Positions 1 to 14,600 of a stretch of 64,000 nucleotides of DNA are shown one piece after another; the stretch's first letter is position 1; each line of letters opens with the position of its first letter. The stretch covers positions 372,001-436,000 of the forward strand of contig JBEUKZ010000019.1 of NCBI GenBank assembly GCA_048128005.1, given 5' to 3'. Origin of the DNA: Veleropilina oligotropha (lineage: Eukaryota). A program made the position numbers and the translations under genes. The notes beneath the pieces were generated by a model. The model saw only the letters and a list, made by a program, of their open reading frames with translations. It did no database searches and had not been told where the DNA came from.

Positions 1-1059
1 GTACCTGATCCGAGAGCTGGAAAAGGCTGAAATACGCTTAAAACTTACGGCGGATTATACGCCCAAAAAACACCGACTTTGATAAACTTTTTAACACGAG
101 TCGGCCAACGAATTGAGAAACGGGAGGTCTTTCTTTTACAGAAACCGCCCTTTTACACCTAAAACCTCTTGGATGTATATATATCAATTTGTTAGAATTC
201 GGCGTGCTATCCCCGATTTAGCAGATTTACCAAAATAACGCTAGTTAAATTCGAAACAATCTGCTTTTCAACGACGATAAATTTTTACATAAATTTATAG
301 CAAGAAAAACGTCGTTGAGGAATTATCGTATATATAAATGAAATGCAATGCAAATTCAAGCAATATCAATAATCAACTCTCTCCTGACTCCGTAGTAATT
401 GCTAACGAGCTTCCTTCTTTAAATATCCCTCTGAGCGTCCTCTTTTCTTTCTGTTTCAGAAGTCCAAGATGGCGTCGTCAGTGGAGGGTGTCGATTTCGT
501 TTTTTGTCTTTGTCGACAGGAAAAAACCTCTAGAAGGGCTTATTCAGGAGGAAAACTCTCAGTCTTTCCACTAAACGTGTTTACAACACTACAAACGATC
601 TTATGAGCTTATATGATTGGTAAATCAGGCTCGAAAAAGATCGAAAATCACAACAGATTGTGGAGCAAAGTAAAACGCGACTTGTTCAATCAGGCGGAAA
701 ACTTCGGATGAGGTCTTGACCCTTGGTCACGAGGATCTCGCGGGAGTTGGCGAGCTCTTAATAGGCATGAACTGGAGGAGGTCGAGCAGGTCAGTGGGTC
801 AACTGGGTTAAATTTACTAAAAAGTGCGAAATTACCATTTCCACCTTGTCCGGATTTAGCGATAATAGGCTTATTATGGCATTAGTAAGGACGTAAGTAT
901 ATTTGATATAGATATGTGTTATTGTAAAGACTATACTAGGTAAGCAACTTTAGAACATTTTCATTTGTTCCGACGATCGACACGACTGAAAAATTGTTAA
1001 AATGCTTAGGGTGCAGGAGGCCGTTTCAGAGGTATATAACCAAAATTATTTTGCGCATT

Positions 1060-1398
1060 AGGGTTCCGGGAGTCAGAGGGTCGGGTGCTGGGAGTTAGAG
1101 GGTCGGGTTCCGGGAGTCAGAGGGTCGGGTGCTGGGAGTCAGAGGGTCGGGTGCTGGGAGTCAGAGGGTCGGGTTCCGGGAGTCAGAGGGTCGGGTGCTG
1201 GGAGTCAGAGGGTCGGGTGCTGGGAGTCAGAGGGTCAGGTTCCGGGAGTCAGAGGGTCGGGTGCTGGGAGTCAGAGGGTCGGGTTCCGGGAGTCAGAGGG
1301 TCGGGTGCTGGGAGTCAGAGGGTCGGGTTCCGGGAGTCAGAGGGTCGGGTGCTGGGAGTCAGAGGGTCGGGTTCCGGGAGTCAGAGGGTCGGGTGCTG
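1060..1398. repeat. 22-bp minisatellite (GGGAGTCAGAGGGTCGGGTGCT / ...GGGTTCC variants)
   Basis: Direct tandem repetition; explains ORFs at 1085-1490. Confidence 0.95.
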
Positions 1399-1464
1399 GC
1401 AACACTGAACATTGTAATATGCTCTACTCGACAAAATTTCATCTAAATGATATCAACAGCCTAC

Positions 1465-1582
1465 CATTTCCAAAACTGGTGCCCACTTGAGAATGTCTCC
1501 TTTCTCCAATATACACTGCCTCAGGACATCAGGGATCGGATACTGGGGCAAACGGTTAGGAATCTTTAACTTTCCTTGAAAT
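1465..1582 (-). CDS. MOV10L1: MOV10L1-like RNA helicase, coding exon 4 (FQGKLKIPNRLPQYPIPDVLRQCILEKGDILKWAPVLEM)
   Basis: LPQYPIPD-LR-C matches my recollection of MOV10L1; ttcag acceptor and GTAGG donor; phase consistent with previous exon. Confidence 0.8.
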
Positions 1583-1888
1583 CTGAACGAAAGGAAATTC
1601 ATGTATAAACTAGCAAAATTCTCGAGCCGACAATTCAAGTGGTTGTATCTCCTCCGATGGTAGCCATCTTGAATATTAAATGAAATAAGATCAAAATCGT
1701 TGGGGGTTGTGAAATCATCAATGACTGTAATGAGCATATTATGACAGTCAGTTTACTCATTCTACATACAAAACTATTGCACCAGAAAACCTAGTATAAT
1801 ATCAACATTAAGCTTACTTCATATTTTAATTTAGTCAACCTGTTTTAAATATAAAGGAAGCAATAATAAGGCATAAAATTTTGAGCAC

Positions 1889-2101
1889 CTGTTTGGCTTT
1901 TGCCCTGGTATAACCCAGTTGTTTCCCTTGGCAGCCGATGCTTTATATCGGGTGAAAGCGGAGTCACCACATGGTCCCTGGTGTCGGCCTACTGGGTTTA
2001 TTCGAGACTGACACGGGGCATCCACACTCACGTTTAGCAGACGGCCAATCTGAAACTCCTCGAATCGCACAATCAGGAGACATGACTCTGGCCCAGGATG
2101 C
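1889..2101 (-). CDS. MOV10L1: MOV10L1-like coding exon 3 (HPGPESCLLIVRFEEFQIGRLLNVSV...GQKPN)
   Basis: F-xF-IGR-L-V-V motif of the MOV10 beta domain; AG/GT sites; phase 2-2. Confidence 0.8.
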
Positions 2102-2267
2102 CTGGATGCAAAAATACAATATTAAATCAATCATTATTGATTTACCACTTAGTCAAAATGCATTATTTGCATGATTGTGTGTCTACGGATACGACAGAAG
2201 AATCAGCAACGTACAATGTGGGGTGATCACACATGTATTTGGTTTGAAGCAATGCTTAATATTCCTT

Positions 2268-5200
2268 TTGAGGGTCATACTGGGCCATGAGGGTCATACC
2301 GGGCCTTGAGGGTCATACCGGGCCATGAGGGTCATACCGGGCCATGAGGGTCATACTGGGCCTTGAGGGTCATACTGGGCCTTGAGGGTCATACTGGGCC
2401 TTGAGGGTCATACCAGACCATGAGGGTCATACCGGGCCATGAGGGTCATACTGGGCCATGACGGTCATACTGGGCCATGAGGGTCATACTGGGCCATGAG
2501 GGTCATACTGGGCCATGAGGGTCATACCCGGCCATGAGGGTCATACCGGGCCATGAGGGTCATACCGGGCCATGAGGGTCATACTGGGCCATGAGGGTCA
2601 TACTGGGCCATGAGGGTCATACTGGGCCATGAGGGTCATACTGGGCCATGAGGGTCATACCCGGCCATGAGGGTCATACCGGGCCATGAGGGTCATACTG
2701 GGCCATGAGGGTCATACTGGGCCATGAGGGTCATACCAGGCCATGAGGGTCATACTGGGCCATGAGGGTCATACCGGGCCTTGAGGGTCATACTGGGCCA
2801 TGAGGGTCATACTGGGCCATGAGGGTCATACTGGGCCTTGAGGGTCATACCAGACCATGAGGGTCATACTGGGCCATGAGGGTCATACTGGGCCATGAGG
2901 GTCATACTGGGCCATGAGGGTCATACCGGGCCATGAGGGTCATACTGGGCCATGAGGGTCATACCGGGCCTTGAGGGTCATACTGGGCCATGAGGGTCAT
3001 ACTGGGCCATGAGGGTCATACCGGGCCTTGGGGGTCATACTGGGCCTTGAGGGTCATACCGGACCATGAGGGTCATACCGGACCATGAGGGTCATACTGG
3101 GCCATGAGGGTCATACCGGGCCTTGAGGGTCATACTGGGCCTTGGGGGTCATACCGGGCCATGAGGGTCATACTGGGCCTTGAGGGTAATACCCGGCCAT
3201 GAGGGTCATACCGGGCCATGAGGGTCATACTGGGCCTTGAGGGTAATACCCGGCCATGAGGGTCATACTGGGCCTTGGGGGTCATACCCGGCCATGAGGG
3301 TCATACCGGGCCATGAGGGTCATACCGGGCCATGGGGGTCATACCGGGCCATGAGGGTCATGCCGGGCCTTGAGGGTCATACTGGGCCTTGAGGGTCATA
3401 CCGGGCCATGAGGGTAATACCGGGCCATGAGGGTAATACCGGGCCATGAGGGTAATACCGGGCCATGAGGGTAATACCCGGCCATGAGGGTAATACCCGG
3501 CCATGAGGGTCATACCGGGCCATGAGGGTCATACTGGGCCATGAGGGTCATACCGGGCCATGAGGGTCATACCGGGCCATGAGGGTCATACCGGGCCATG
3601 AGGGTCATACCGGGCCATGAGGGTAATACCGGGCCTTGAGGGTCATACCGGGCCATGAGGGTCATACCGGGCCTTGAGGGTCATACTGGGCCTTGAGGGT
3701 CATGAGGGTCATACTGGGCCATGAGGGTTATACCGGGCCATGAGGGTCATACCGGGCCATGAGGGTCATACCGGGCCTTGAGGGTCATACCGGGCCATGA
3801 GGGTCATACCGGGCCATGAGGGTCATACTGGGCCTTGAGGGTCATACCGGGCCATGAGGGTCATACCGGGCCTTGAGGGTCATACTGGGCCTTGAGGGTC
3901 ATACTGGGCCATGAGGGTCATACCGGGCCATGAGGGTCATACCGGGCCATGAGGGTCATGCCGGGCCTTGAGGGTCATACTGGGCCATGAGGGTCATACC
4001 GGGCCATGAGGGTCATACCGGGCCATGAGGGTCATGCTGGGCCTTGAGGGTCATACTGGGCCATGAGGGTCATACCGGGCCATGAGGGTCATACCAGGCC
4101 ATGAGGGTCATACTGGGCCATGAGGGTCATACCGGGCCATGCCGGGCCATGAGGGTCATGCCGGGCCTTGAGGGTCATACCGGGCCATGAGGGTCATACC
4201 GGGCCTTGAGGGTCATACCGGGCCTTGAGGGTCATACCGGGCCATGAGGGTCATACCGGGCCATGAGGGTCATGCCGGGCCTTGAGGGTCATACTGGGCC
4301 ATGAGGGTCATACCGGGCCATGAGGGTCATACCGGGCCATGAGGGTCATACTGGGCCATGAGGGTCATACCGGGCCATGAGGGTCATGCCAGGCCTTGAG
4401 GGTCATACCGGGCCATGAGGGTCATACCGGGCCATGAGGGTCATACCGGGCCATGAGGGTCATACCGGGCCTTGAGGGTCATACTGGGCCATGAGGGTCA
4501 TACCGGGCCATGAGGGTCATACTGGGCCATGAGGGTCATACCGGGCCATGAGGGTCATACCGGGCCATGAGGGTCATACTGGGCCATGAGGGTCATACCG
4601 GGCCATGAGGGTCATGCCGGGCCTTGAGGGTCATACCGGGCCATGAGGGTCATACCGGGCCTTGGGGGTCATACCGGGCCATGAGGGTCATACTGGGCCT
4701 TGAGGGTCATACCGGGCCATGAGGGTCATACCGGGCCATGAGGGTCATACTGGGCCATGAGGGTCATACCGGGCCATGAGGGTCATGCCGGGCCTTGAGG
4801 GTCATACCGGGCCATGAGGGTCATACCGGGCCATGAGGGTCATACCGGGCCATGAGGGTCATACCGGGCCTTGAGGGTCATACTGGGCCTTGAGGGTCAT
4901 ACTGGGCCATGAGGGTTATACCGGGCCATGAGGGTCATACCGGGCCATGAGGGTCATACCGGGCCTTGAGGGTCATACTGGGCCATGAGGGTCATACCGG
5001 GCCATGAGGGTCATACCGGGCCATGAGGGTCATACTGGGCCATGAGGGTCATACCGGGCCATGAGGGTCATGCCGGGCCTTGAGGGTCATACCGGGCCAT
5101 GAGGGTCATACTGGGCCTTGAGGGTCATACCGGGCCATGAGGGTCATACCGGGCCATGAGGGTCATACTGGGCCATGAGGGTCATACCGGGCCATGCCGG

Positions 5201-6030
5201 GCCATGAGGGTCATGCCGGGCCTTGAGGGTCATACCGGGCCATGAGGGTCATACCGGGCCATGAGGGTCATACCGGGCCATGAGGGTCATACCGGGCCTT
5301 GAGGGTCATACTGGGCCTTGAGGGTCATGAGGGTCATACTGGGCCATGAGGGTTATACCGGGCCATGAGGGTCATACCGGGCCATGAGGGTCATGAGGGT
5401 CATACTGGGCCTTGAGGGTCATGAGGGTCATACTGGGCCATGAGGGTTATACCGGGCCTTGAGGGTCATACCGGGCCTTGAGGGTCATACTGGGCCATGA
5501 GGGTCATACCGGGCCATGCCGGGCCATGAGGGTCATGCCGGGCCATGAGGGTCATACCGGGCCTTGAGGGTCATACCGGGCCTTGAGGGTCATACCGGGC
5601 CATGAGGGTCATACCGGGCCATGAGGGTCATACCGGGCCTTGAGGGTCATACTGGGCCTTGAGGGTCATGAGGGTCATACTGGGCCATGAGGGTTATACC
5701 GGGCCATGAGGGTCATACCGGGCCATGAGGGTCATACCGGGCCTTGAGGGTCATACTGGGCCATGAGGGTCATACCGGGCCATGCCGGGCCATGAGGGTC
5801 ATGCCGGGCCATGAGGGTCATGCCGGGCCATGAGGGTCATACCGGGCCATGAGGGTCATACTGGGCCATGAGGGTCATACCGGGCCATGAGGGTCATACC
5901 GGGCCTTGAGGGTCATACCGGGCCTTGAGGGTCATACCGGGCCATGAGGGTCATACCGGGCCATGAGGGTCATACTGGGCCTTGAGGGTCATGAGGGTCA
6001 TACCGGACCATGAGGGTCATACTGGGTCAT
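2268..6030. repeat. 19-bp intronic minisatellite (TGAGGGTCATACYGGGCCW), ~3.8 kb
   Basis: Direct tandem repetition, roughly 200 units. Confidence 0.97.
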
Positions 6031-6248
6031 GTCCATATTACAGGGAGCGTCTGTGTTTATATTTTCATATAAATCAATTTGAATTCTAGCAAGATGTTGC
6101 TAAAAATTTACCACGGAATTCAAAGAAAATCAATCCACTGAAATATATGTGTTCATGCTGTAGTCTTAAAAAATAAATTCTGCTATAAAAATTGCTACTT
6201 TTTAACAATAGGACATAGAACTGCGCATTACAAAATTACAGCACATAC

Positions 6249-6584
6249 CTGGCTTGACAAACGATGTTCACGTACATCGACTTTGCTGGGTATAACACGA
6301 CCGGGCCTGTTACCGTTTGATTTTCTCCAGAACTTATCATTGCCGAATACTCTTTTAAATATTTTACATTTTCCACGAGAAACTGCGAGTTTTCATTTTC
6401 AATGAAACAGTCGATATATTTTTGTGGAGTAATGCCACAATTTCTTATCCATAAAGTCAAACTCTTTTCACGTCCCATTTTTAGCACCTGGAAATCTGCT
6501 TCTTCCGAGACAGTGATTCCATTTTTATCACAGAAAAGACTGTCGTCAAAGTTACTATTCAAATGACTAGAATGATACGGTGGC
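6249..6584 (-). CDS. MOV10L1: MOV10L1-like coding exon 2 (PPYHSSHLNSNFDDSLFCDKNGITV...LWIRNCG...VCQA)
   Basis: Ig-like region of MOV10 family; tttcag acceptor at 6585-6586 and GTATGT donor; phase 2-2. Confidence 0.8.
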
Positions 6585-6782
6585 CTGAAAGTAAAACAAA
6601 TCTGATATCAATGTGGACCACGATTTTTGCAATCAATAATTGATTACAATATGTCGTTGCATGCAGTGAATGATTGCTATATTCAGCATTTGTCAGAATA
6701 AATTTCGTTTCAACTACAGCCTCTAGATCTGTGCAGGGATTGGTTCGGATTGATGCTTAATGTCCTCATTAACAACCCACAG

Positions 6783-7219
6783 GTGCCCGTTGCTTTTGTT
6801 AAACCGTTTGCAACTGATTTCCGATTTGCCAAAGCAATGTCATGCTATGACGTAACGGTTACCTAGCGATGCATAGCGATTGGTAGCGTAAGATCTTTGC
6901 GCTACGTTTACAATCAACAATGGCGTCAAGTACACGTCGAGGGCATCGCTAGACCACTACGCGTATCATTGACAATGGACTGAATGATGAGAAAATCTGA
7001 TATCCCAAAATGCAACGTACGCTAATTCCTCATGATTTTGTATGTTTTCTTCTTATGTTCGATCATTTAATAAATATTTACCTAAAAGTAACGCATTTTT
7101 CCCTTAACGACGCCATGTTATCAATCGCTTTTGACGTTATGTCGTTGCTTTGTCAACCGCTATGCCGCTACGTAATAACCATTACCGATTGCAAACGGTT
7201 TAATGAAAGCAACGCGCCC
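6783..7219. mobile_element. MITE with ~30-bp imperfect TIRs and CAG TSD (PIF/Harbinger-like), inserted in a SINE-like repeat
   Basis: GTGCCCGTTGCTTTTGTTAAACCGTTTGCAA vs TTGCAAACGGTTTTAATGAAAGCAACGCGCCC; CAG on both flanks. Confidence 0.6.
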
Positions 7220-8177
7220 CAGGAGATGGTCATGATACTGCAGGAGGAAAGCACGGTCGCCCAGAGAAACACGCCATCAAAGCAGGCCAGTAAGATGGGC
7301 AACAGTGATAGCTAACTGAGCGAAGTAACTGGCCAGAGAGGGCGGGTTACCCAGATGATGGCTGTAAATATACAGGACATCAAGCATCCTGGATTCCAAT
7401 CCATTAAACATCAATTTTTCTCACAAATAACAAACAATATTAAAGGAGTTGTGAACACATAATATATTCTGGCTGATAATAATGCTATCGTATATTTATT
7501 TATTCTCTTATTAGTAGCGCCATGATTTAGATTATCAAAACATGGATACAAAAGATCCTTAGCAAGTCACCCCAAAATTTCCCGAACACTTATTAGGTGA
7601 TGACACACTAGACCCACGAATCCAAATGCTATTGTCCCTGTTGAGTAACCAATTTGCAGACAATGATGTTGCCATCGAATTGAAAAGATTCCGAGTGGCC
7701 TGTCCATTGTGACGTCAAATTTGACCCCTTACCTAAAAATATGACTATACTTGAGCTGATTGATTTCGCAAGGTGAGCTTACAACAAACACGGACACTCG
7801 TGAAAGACTAACACAACAAATAATATGATAGGAATATATGCCGTATAGTGAGATTTCGCCTATATTATGAGTTTTGGTTCACAAATCCTTTAAGCTCACA
7901 GCAATGACTAACGGCTTAATGGTAGGAGCTAGTCTATGCCTGTGCTGCTTTTATCTTGTGACAGCAGCGAGATCTCGGTTTATAATATTTCGCATTCAGC
8001 AGTCATGATGGTACAGAATCAGATGAGGTTGTTCGGATTTATCAAATACTCCAGATTTTTCTCTCACAATAAAAATGGACATTTCGAAATATGATCTTGG
8101 TTATTTATTCAATTATAAATAAACAAGTATACAAAACTAAAAGAAAAATTCCATGTGCCAACCTAATTGTGACCTAC

Positions 8178-9052
8178 CTGGGATCGAGTCTCTCAATGAC
8201 CTGTGTTACGTTAAGCGCTCTCCATTCGCAATTTCCCTGCATGCTTTCTATAGCCACCCCATGGACCTTATCTCTCTTACGAGGAACATACCCATTGCTG
8301 CAGGACTCTCGCATAAAATAAATATCGCCTTCAATATAACCATGATCTGATAAAGCCGCAACAACTTCTGCTTGAAAGTCCTTCTTCCGTACAGGTTGAA
8401 TGTTCAGAGCTTCAATGTTATTTGTCAATTCATCTTCGTCTATCGTCATGGTTACCCAGTCACCTTTTGAAGGAAGAAATTGATCAATACAATTACTTAA
8501 TGAAAATGGAATGGTGCCATTTATAACGCCGTGATTGTCCAAAAATCGGGTAACTTTTCCCACAGTCTCAATGCATTCTTCTGTATGATTTATATCTTGC
8601 CCATCATTTTGTCTAACGTCAAGGAGTTGCTTCCCTTGCTGATTGCTCTTCGTTGTGGTTGGTGGTACATGATTACAGGATGATGCTGCATTGGATGTCG
8701 CTGTATTTTGTCCTGTCGTGTTATCCCAGTCGGTGCCTATCGTTATCTGGTCAGCGTACCACCCACCTTGGGCGTGTTGTTTATGAGCCTGCACGTGAAC
8801 CTTGTCACCTATATGTGGTGTACCTCCACCGATAACGGCATCAAACGAGAAATATATATCACCGTCTATCAAGCCATTATTGCCAAACAAATGAGACACT
8901 CGCCCTTCAATGGACTTTGTCATCGCTGATTTAATAGTTTCCTCATTACCACTCGTTTCATTTCTTTTTCTATCATCATCATCGTCAGAACTGTCTTCCG
9001 CATCTTCTTCGCTGATGAACAAACCAACTACTTTACTTAAAAAGCTGAACAT
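8178..9052 (-). CDS. MOV10L1: MOV10L1-like first coding exon with three S1/cold-shock-like OB repeats
   Basis: G-V-x5-G-I-x3-I-[YP]-F type repeats (GRVSHLFGNNGLIDGDIYF; GKVTRFLDNHGVINGTIPF; HGYIEGDIYF); CAG|GTAGG donor at 8178/8177; acceptor at 9175-9176 implies an upstream non-coding exon. Confidence 0.85.
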
Positions 9053-11099
9053 AATGATTGCTGCCGAAGATATATCACATGATAAGCATTATGATCGCAG
9101 TCTGGTCAGATCAGTCGTTTCTGTCGTACGTCTTTTTATACTATGGTAACTGTTGTCGGAATTAAGTCAATATCCTGAAAAAAAAATCAAAATAATGAAG
9201 TTCAGACAATATTGAATTGTTTTGCTACAACACCAACATGACAAGGGCTAGAAAAAATAATATTTTGTTCATGGTCGGAGTCACCGTCCCACTATTTTAA
9301 AAAATAGATTACACTTCCAAATTGATATATATATATAGTTGAAGCTAATTATAATTAACTATACAGCTCATATAAATAATAATATAAAATTGTTTTCTTA
9401 TTTTTTAACGTATTTGAAATGTTCGCCGTTTCGATTGCTCATCTATCAGTATTGATCGTGTAATTACGTGATTTTACACTATGTCATCATTTAAAACTAG
9501 TAACAACATATTTCAACCATTCGCTAATAGTCTTGGTAACATCATTGTGATGTCACTGTGGATTGGGTATGTACTCTGTTCATGAGATGATGTCAATGTT
9601 CTGGCCAGATATGCAGATTGGATGTGATCATATAGTGAATCAGTTTTATTAGCTTTATGACTACATTTTTGTACATTTTTCAGTTGTATCTGTAGTCGGT
9701 GCCTCGGTTTAATGTCTCCTTGAGTTTCAAATGACAGGTTATGGGTGCTTAAGCAATCCCTTATATTGGTTATTAAATAAAGTCATGCCGAAGCGGGACG
9801 AAACCCACATTCTACTGTCACACTTAACGTTTTACTGACACTCGACTCATTGAGCTATCGAGGACGGTTTTACCGACACTCGACTCATTGAGCTATCGAG
9901 GACGGATGGATACAGATTGGAAGAATGTAAGACCAAAGAGATGATCTACATACCTCAACCTTGCCTGACTCGTGACTATGCCGTATGGTGATGTTGTCTC
10001 TGCCACAATTCATTTTATCGCCAATATTGCGAGACCACAGGTCGAATAGAGCACATACACCAGGTTACACCAAACATATGCACGGATTGTGACTCATGAT
10101 GGCAAAAATCTTCCAAATCCAGCATCACATTATATGAGGAAACAATATTTAAACTTATTTTGGGGGATATATGTAAAATGTAGATGAAATGATCTTTAAT
10201 TACCATACCAACAAATTTTCAATCTTAAAAGGGCAATTAATTTTGAGTAATGGGTGGCTAGATGGCATCGATTTTACGACTATTTCAACAATTTATCAAT
10301 CGTATCGAAGCATAGGCCAAATCTTCTATCTGTGTCATGCCAAGATTAACACAGTCATATATGGTCAGCGATCTCTCTCATAGTGACAGCTGTCGGGTTG
10401 AATGTGAGATCATATATATAGGCACTCCAAGACTATCCTAGTCTTCAGGAACTTCGAGTCAAATTCAAAACATACTTCTTACAACCCTACAACTACTGAA
10501 TTTGTTTATCAGCTAATCCATCTTGTGCTACGGTAATTAAGGGACTGGCCATTTAATATAGGTGGGGGTGGATCGGTGAGATTGGCTATATAACTGTGAT
10601 GACCCACCCCCCAAAGTCTGTTACATTTTGTCATGACATACCCTGAACTGTGTCTTCTTCATGATGCCCCCCCCCACCCCCCCCCCACACTCCAACAACG
10701 TTAGAGTTTGCTACTCTGTGCACGTCAAGATGAACTCAAATGTTATAAGAGTAGACCCCCCTCCCCCATAATTTTGAAAGAGGGATCCAACTTTTACATT
10801 ATACTAATATATAACTATAAACAGTCCGCGTGACCCTATGGTACCCAGAGAAAAAATGAACAATTATAACAGTATGAAATCTCCCTCGATCTTGTATTCT
10901 GAGAGTTCAACTGTAGTATTTCTTTAATACCGACATTTATCAACCATTTTTATCAACCTGTATGAGTACATGTATTACAAAATGATATGTCATTTATTTC
11001 ATTTTACACGGTCGTCCAAAACAATGGGTTTTCACAAACCCACTTGGCCCTCAAGTCTGTGATCCACTTTTTACAATTTGCTATATATAAACTGAGAGC

Positions 11100-11480
11100 G
11101 CAAACATGACGTTTCTTACCAACATTAAGCTACTAAGTTGATCGGAAACCTCAGGGATTTGGACTACGAGAAACGATTTGAAGCTCCGAAACTACCCAGA
11201 ATAGTCTAGACTATCGCAGAGCCATAAGTGATACGATCGAGCTCTGGTAGTATCTTCATCAAAACGATGATATAAATACCCACTTTTTCAACATTGAACT
11301 ATGACGGACAAGAGGGCACAACCTGAACATGAACAAACCAAGAGTCTGAGACATCACTTCTGCATCAACAGAGTTATGACCAACTGGAACAACCTGCCAG
11401 ATCTATAGTTATAACTGTCGGTCCATACCATCAACACCATCAAAAACAGATTAGACAAAGTTTGGGAGCACCACCAAATA
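11100..11480 (+). pseudogene. Decayed CR1/L2-type LINE 3' fragment
   Basis: Degenerate ATKLI..L..LDYEKR, TRGH, RV..WNNLP, KNRLDK-W motifs with frameshifts. Confidence 0.65.
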
Positions 11481-12714
11481 AATACTAACTTACACTTTCC
11501 ACTCACCGTAAATCAAATAAATACAGATGTCATTTATCGAGATAACATTTATAAACTGTTTTCACCAAAATGTTGTAAGAGTATAAATACGTTGCAGACA
11601 CGTGACCAAAATCACATTATCGCCAGTCGTCCACCATCGTGACAGGCAAGCTATCTGCGAAGTCAATCAAACGAATGCCGGTCAACATGTAAATATCTCT
11701 AGAAATCAATAAAATAATTACGTGTGAAAGAGCATTCAGTTAATGTTTGAATATTCACGAAATTGAGTTGAAGATGTTGAGAAAACAATTTAAAAGGCGG
11801 TGAGTAAAGAAAGCAAATATATATTTTTAATAAGCTGCCATTATATACGGGCTTCAGTTATTCGGTCCCTACGTTTGATGTATATCATTATATACATTAT
11901 TGTATGTAAATTACTAATTTTAATGTAGTAGGCCTATTATAGTACATACTTTTTATCATTTTATCGATTGATAATTGAATGTTTCTACGACTTGGAAGTC
12001 ATGCAAAAAGCGGGTACATCGCACGTCGTTCATTAATTAGTAGCACGCTGCAGTGCTAATTGTTATTTTTCAATGGTTATTGTCTTGTTGGTTGATAATC
12101 CAATTGAGAGCACAGGATGTCATTGCCAAGCGGATAAATAGGTAACATTTTATGTGTGTGGCCATCCCATTGTTCCTTGTAAACACATCTACAAAAATCA
12201 TTTGACTGAAATTCCCAGCTTGCGCAATTTGAACGTTCCGCAATAAAATATAGCTCTTTTGATCTAACGTCTGTCGTGGTGTAATTAAACAAACAATTTG
12301 AAGTAGGTCTACGTTTTCAATAGTAACACGTTTAAGCTTTTATTTTTTATTTTGCTTTTGTGTAGAAATCTGTTAAAGGTAACTAACGTGTCGCACGTTT
12401 GGAAAATCTACAGAGCTCTGTATCAATGCGCGTATGATTTAGTTCCTTAACAGTACTCACCATGTGCACAGGCCAATGGCATATACGAAATAAATTTTGC
12501 ATTAAATACCGCATTACACTCGGAATGCGAAAATTGTTTTCACTTTACAATGGATAACATTTGCATGCACAATCAAAGAGACTATACCATAGGCGCCTAT
12601 GTGTTATATGTCAATATGAATCGATATACAAGATTTTGAAGGACCATTGGCGGTCTGATCATGTTTCTATTATGTACAATGCTATTGCCACCTTTGACAC
12701 TTGAATAAAGAACA

Positions 12715-13216
12715 AACTAGAAATGTGTCCATGAGACACGAATTCCCCCACTGACAGCTTTGACCATAGGGGCAGTAAAGATCGTTTTGTGGAGTTATTT
12801 CAGTATTTACTGACAACTACTGGTTTTCAGGACGGAGGACGGACGCGGCAAATAAAAATGACCTTGACCTTGGTCATATAGGGACGACATTTAGGTGGGT
12901 CTCAGAAGGGAAGTATGAATGAAGATAAGCAAGTGTATGAAGTATAAAGTCAAGCCGTGAAGGCATATGGAAGTTTTAGCAGAATGGAGTTACTTGCATG
13001 CAAATACTGGTCCGAAGAGCTAAGTCATTTGACCTTGACCTTGGGCATAGGGCTGACATGGGTGGGTCGCTGAAGGGTAATATGAATGATGACAAGCAAG
13101 TGTATGAAGTATCAAGTCAATCCATGAATGAAGATGGAATTTGTAGCAGAATGGAGTTACTTGCATGCAATACTGATATTTTTGGGACATGGCAGACGGA
13201 CATGGGGGCATAAAAA
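12715..13216. mobile_element. Non-autonomous Helentron-associated (HINE/DINE-like) repeat with internal ~170-bp duplication
   Basis: AACTAG start, TGACCTTGACCTT cores duplicated, GGGGCATAAAAA end. Confidence 0.5.
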
Positions 13217-14149
13217 GGTATTTATAAGGCTAACTGTAAGACTCTAGTGAAATTTAAGCTATATATATAGGCCTAATAGCCTAAAATTGGACCAGTTATT
13301 TAATTTAAATGATGAACTCTGCTGTTTTGGATGAACTAAAGCAAATCGAACCCAAACGACAATATATATTTAATATATTGAAAGTACCGTCACAACACTT
13401 CCGTGAATTTTCATCTTTATCTTTCATTTCCACTTAATTGAATTGATTTAGACTGTAATCTTTTATCCCTGGTGTTATTCCTTGTCCACCACGCACAGAA
13501 TTATGGAACTGTTGCATGACGTCATCTGCAACCTATGTATTAAAAACAAGGGTACACTCCTGGGGGGGGAGAGGTTGAACCCCATGAAAAACTCCTGGTG
13601 AATAACCACTCCCACCAACTAGTGAACTACTGCAATTGAAGAACAAAATTGATACTTTTCCCCGCTTTAATTCTTGAACCTATGAGAGGTCATCTCAAAG
13701 TGGGGAAATCCAATTTTTCCCTAGGCGACGGGGAAGTTAAGGTCGCCAACCCACCCACCCCCCACCCCCCAAACACACACTTCTTCATTATTTCTGAGGG
13801 AACCCTGCCAACCACTAGTAGCTTACATCTTTGTAATAAAATATAACTTGCTTACAAATGAGGTACCGGTGCGACTACTCAGGCGCTATAACATATGAGA
13901 CCGGGTTGACGTGCCTTTTATACCCTACCTCATATATCCAAAGCACCTTTTATGACGAGCAGGTTCCCGACAGATTTCATCCGGAACGGTTTTGGAGCAA
14001 ATTACTAATTAAAAATACAGTGAAACAAACAGTAAATACTTAAATTGTATAAATATGCATGAATATTATATATACAGGTCTGTTAGTTTTTAGTGATTTT
14101 GTTGTCATAATGTATGATAAAACGCATTATTTGTCAATGTTTAACCGTC

Positions 14150-14600
14150 AAACGAAATGCTAACGTCAAAAATGGCGACCGTCTTTTGTTTACATTGTAA
14201 ACGTTAAAACCGTCCGTTTTGTGTTGCAAAGTGAAAGTAGCTTATCGGTGTTATTTGGTATAAAGCCAATCAATGCTTTTAAGTTTTATTGCACAATTTA
14301 CGGGCCCAAATTATTAGTCTACCGTAACAACACCTTTAGTTCAGTTCAGGACCGACTACACGCATTCACATTATCAGATAGAAACTTATTTTGACAGTAC
14401 TTTTAGACCATTTTCTTTAGAAACATAAACGGCGCCAGAATGTCATTCTCATTTCCGGATGACGTCACTTCCGTATATATTTCTTGCCCAACCTTTGTTT
14501 TGACTCGCACTGACTCCCGTTGACTAAACAACGACTAAACGCTTACTACGCAATACTAACCGCCTGACGTGTAACCAGTTAAAAAGGTAATTCACAAGGT
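14150..14600. promoter_or_regulatory. Candidate bidirectional promoter between MOV10L1 and ARIH2
   Basis: YY1-like AAAATGGCG (~14169); TTCCGGATGACGTCACTTCCG (ETS+CRE, ~14453-14473); plus-strand donor AAG|GTAAAG near 14598 and minus-strand donor GTAAGC near 13855. Confidence 0.45.

Noticed and set aside
1..900. CpG-containing segment with splice-like and YY1-like motifs, and ORF 338-574
   Set aside because: No recognisable protein or element boundaries; probably part of a repeat extending beyond the window
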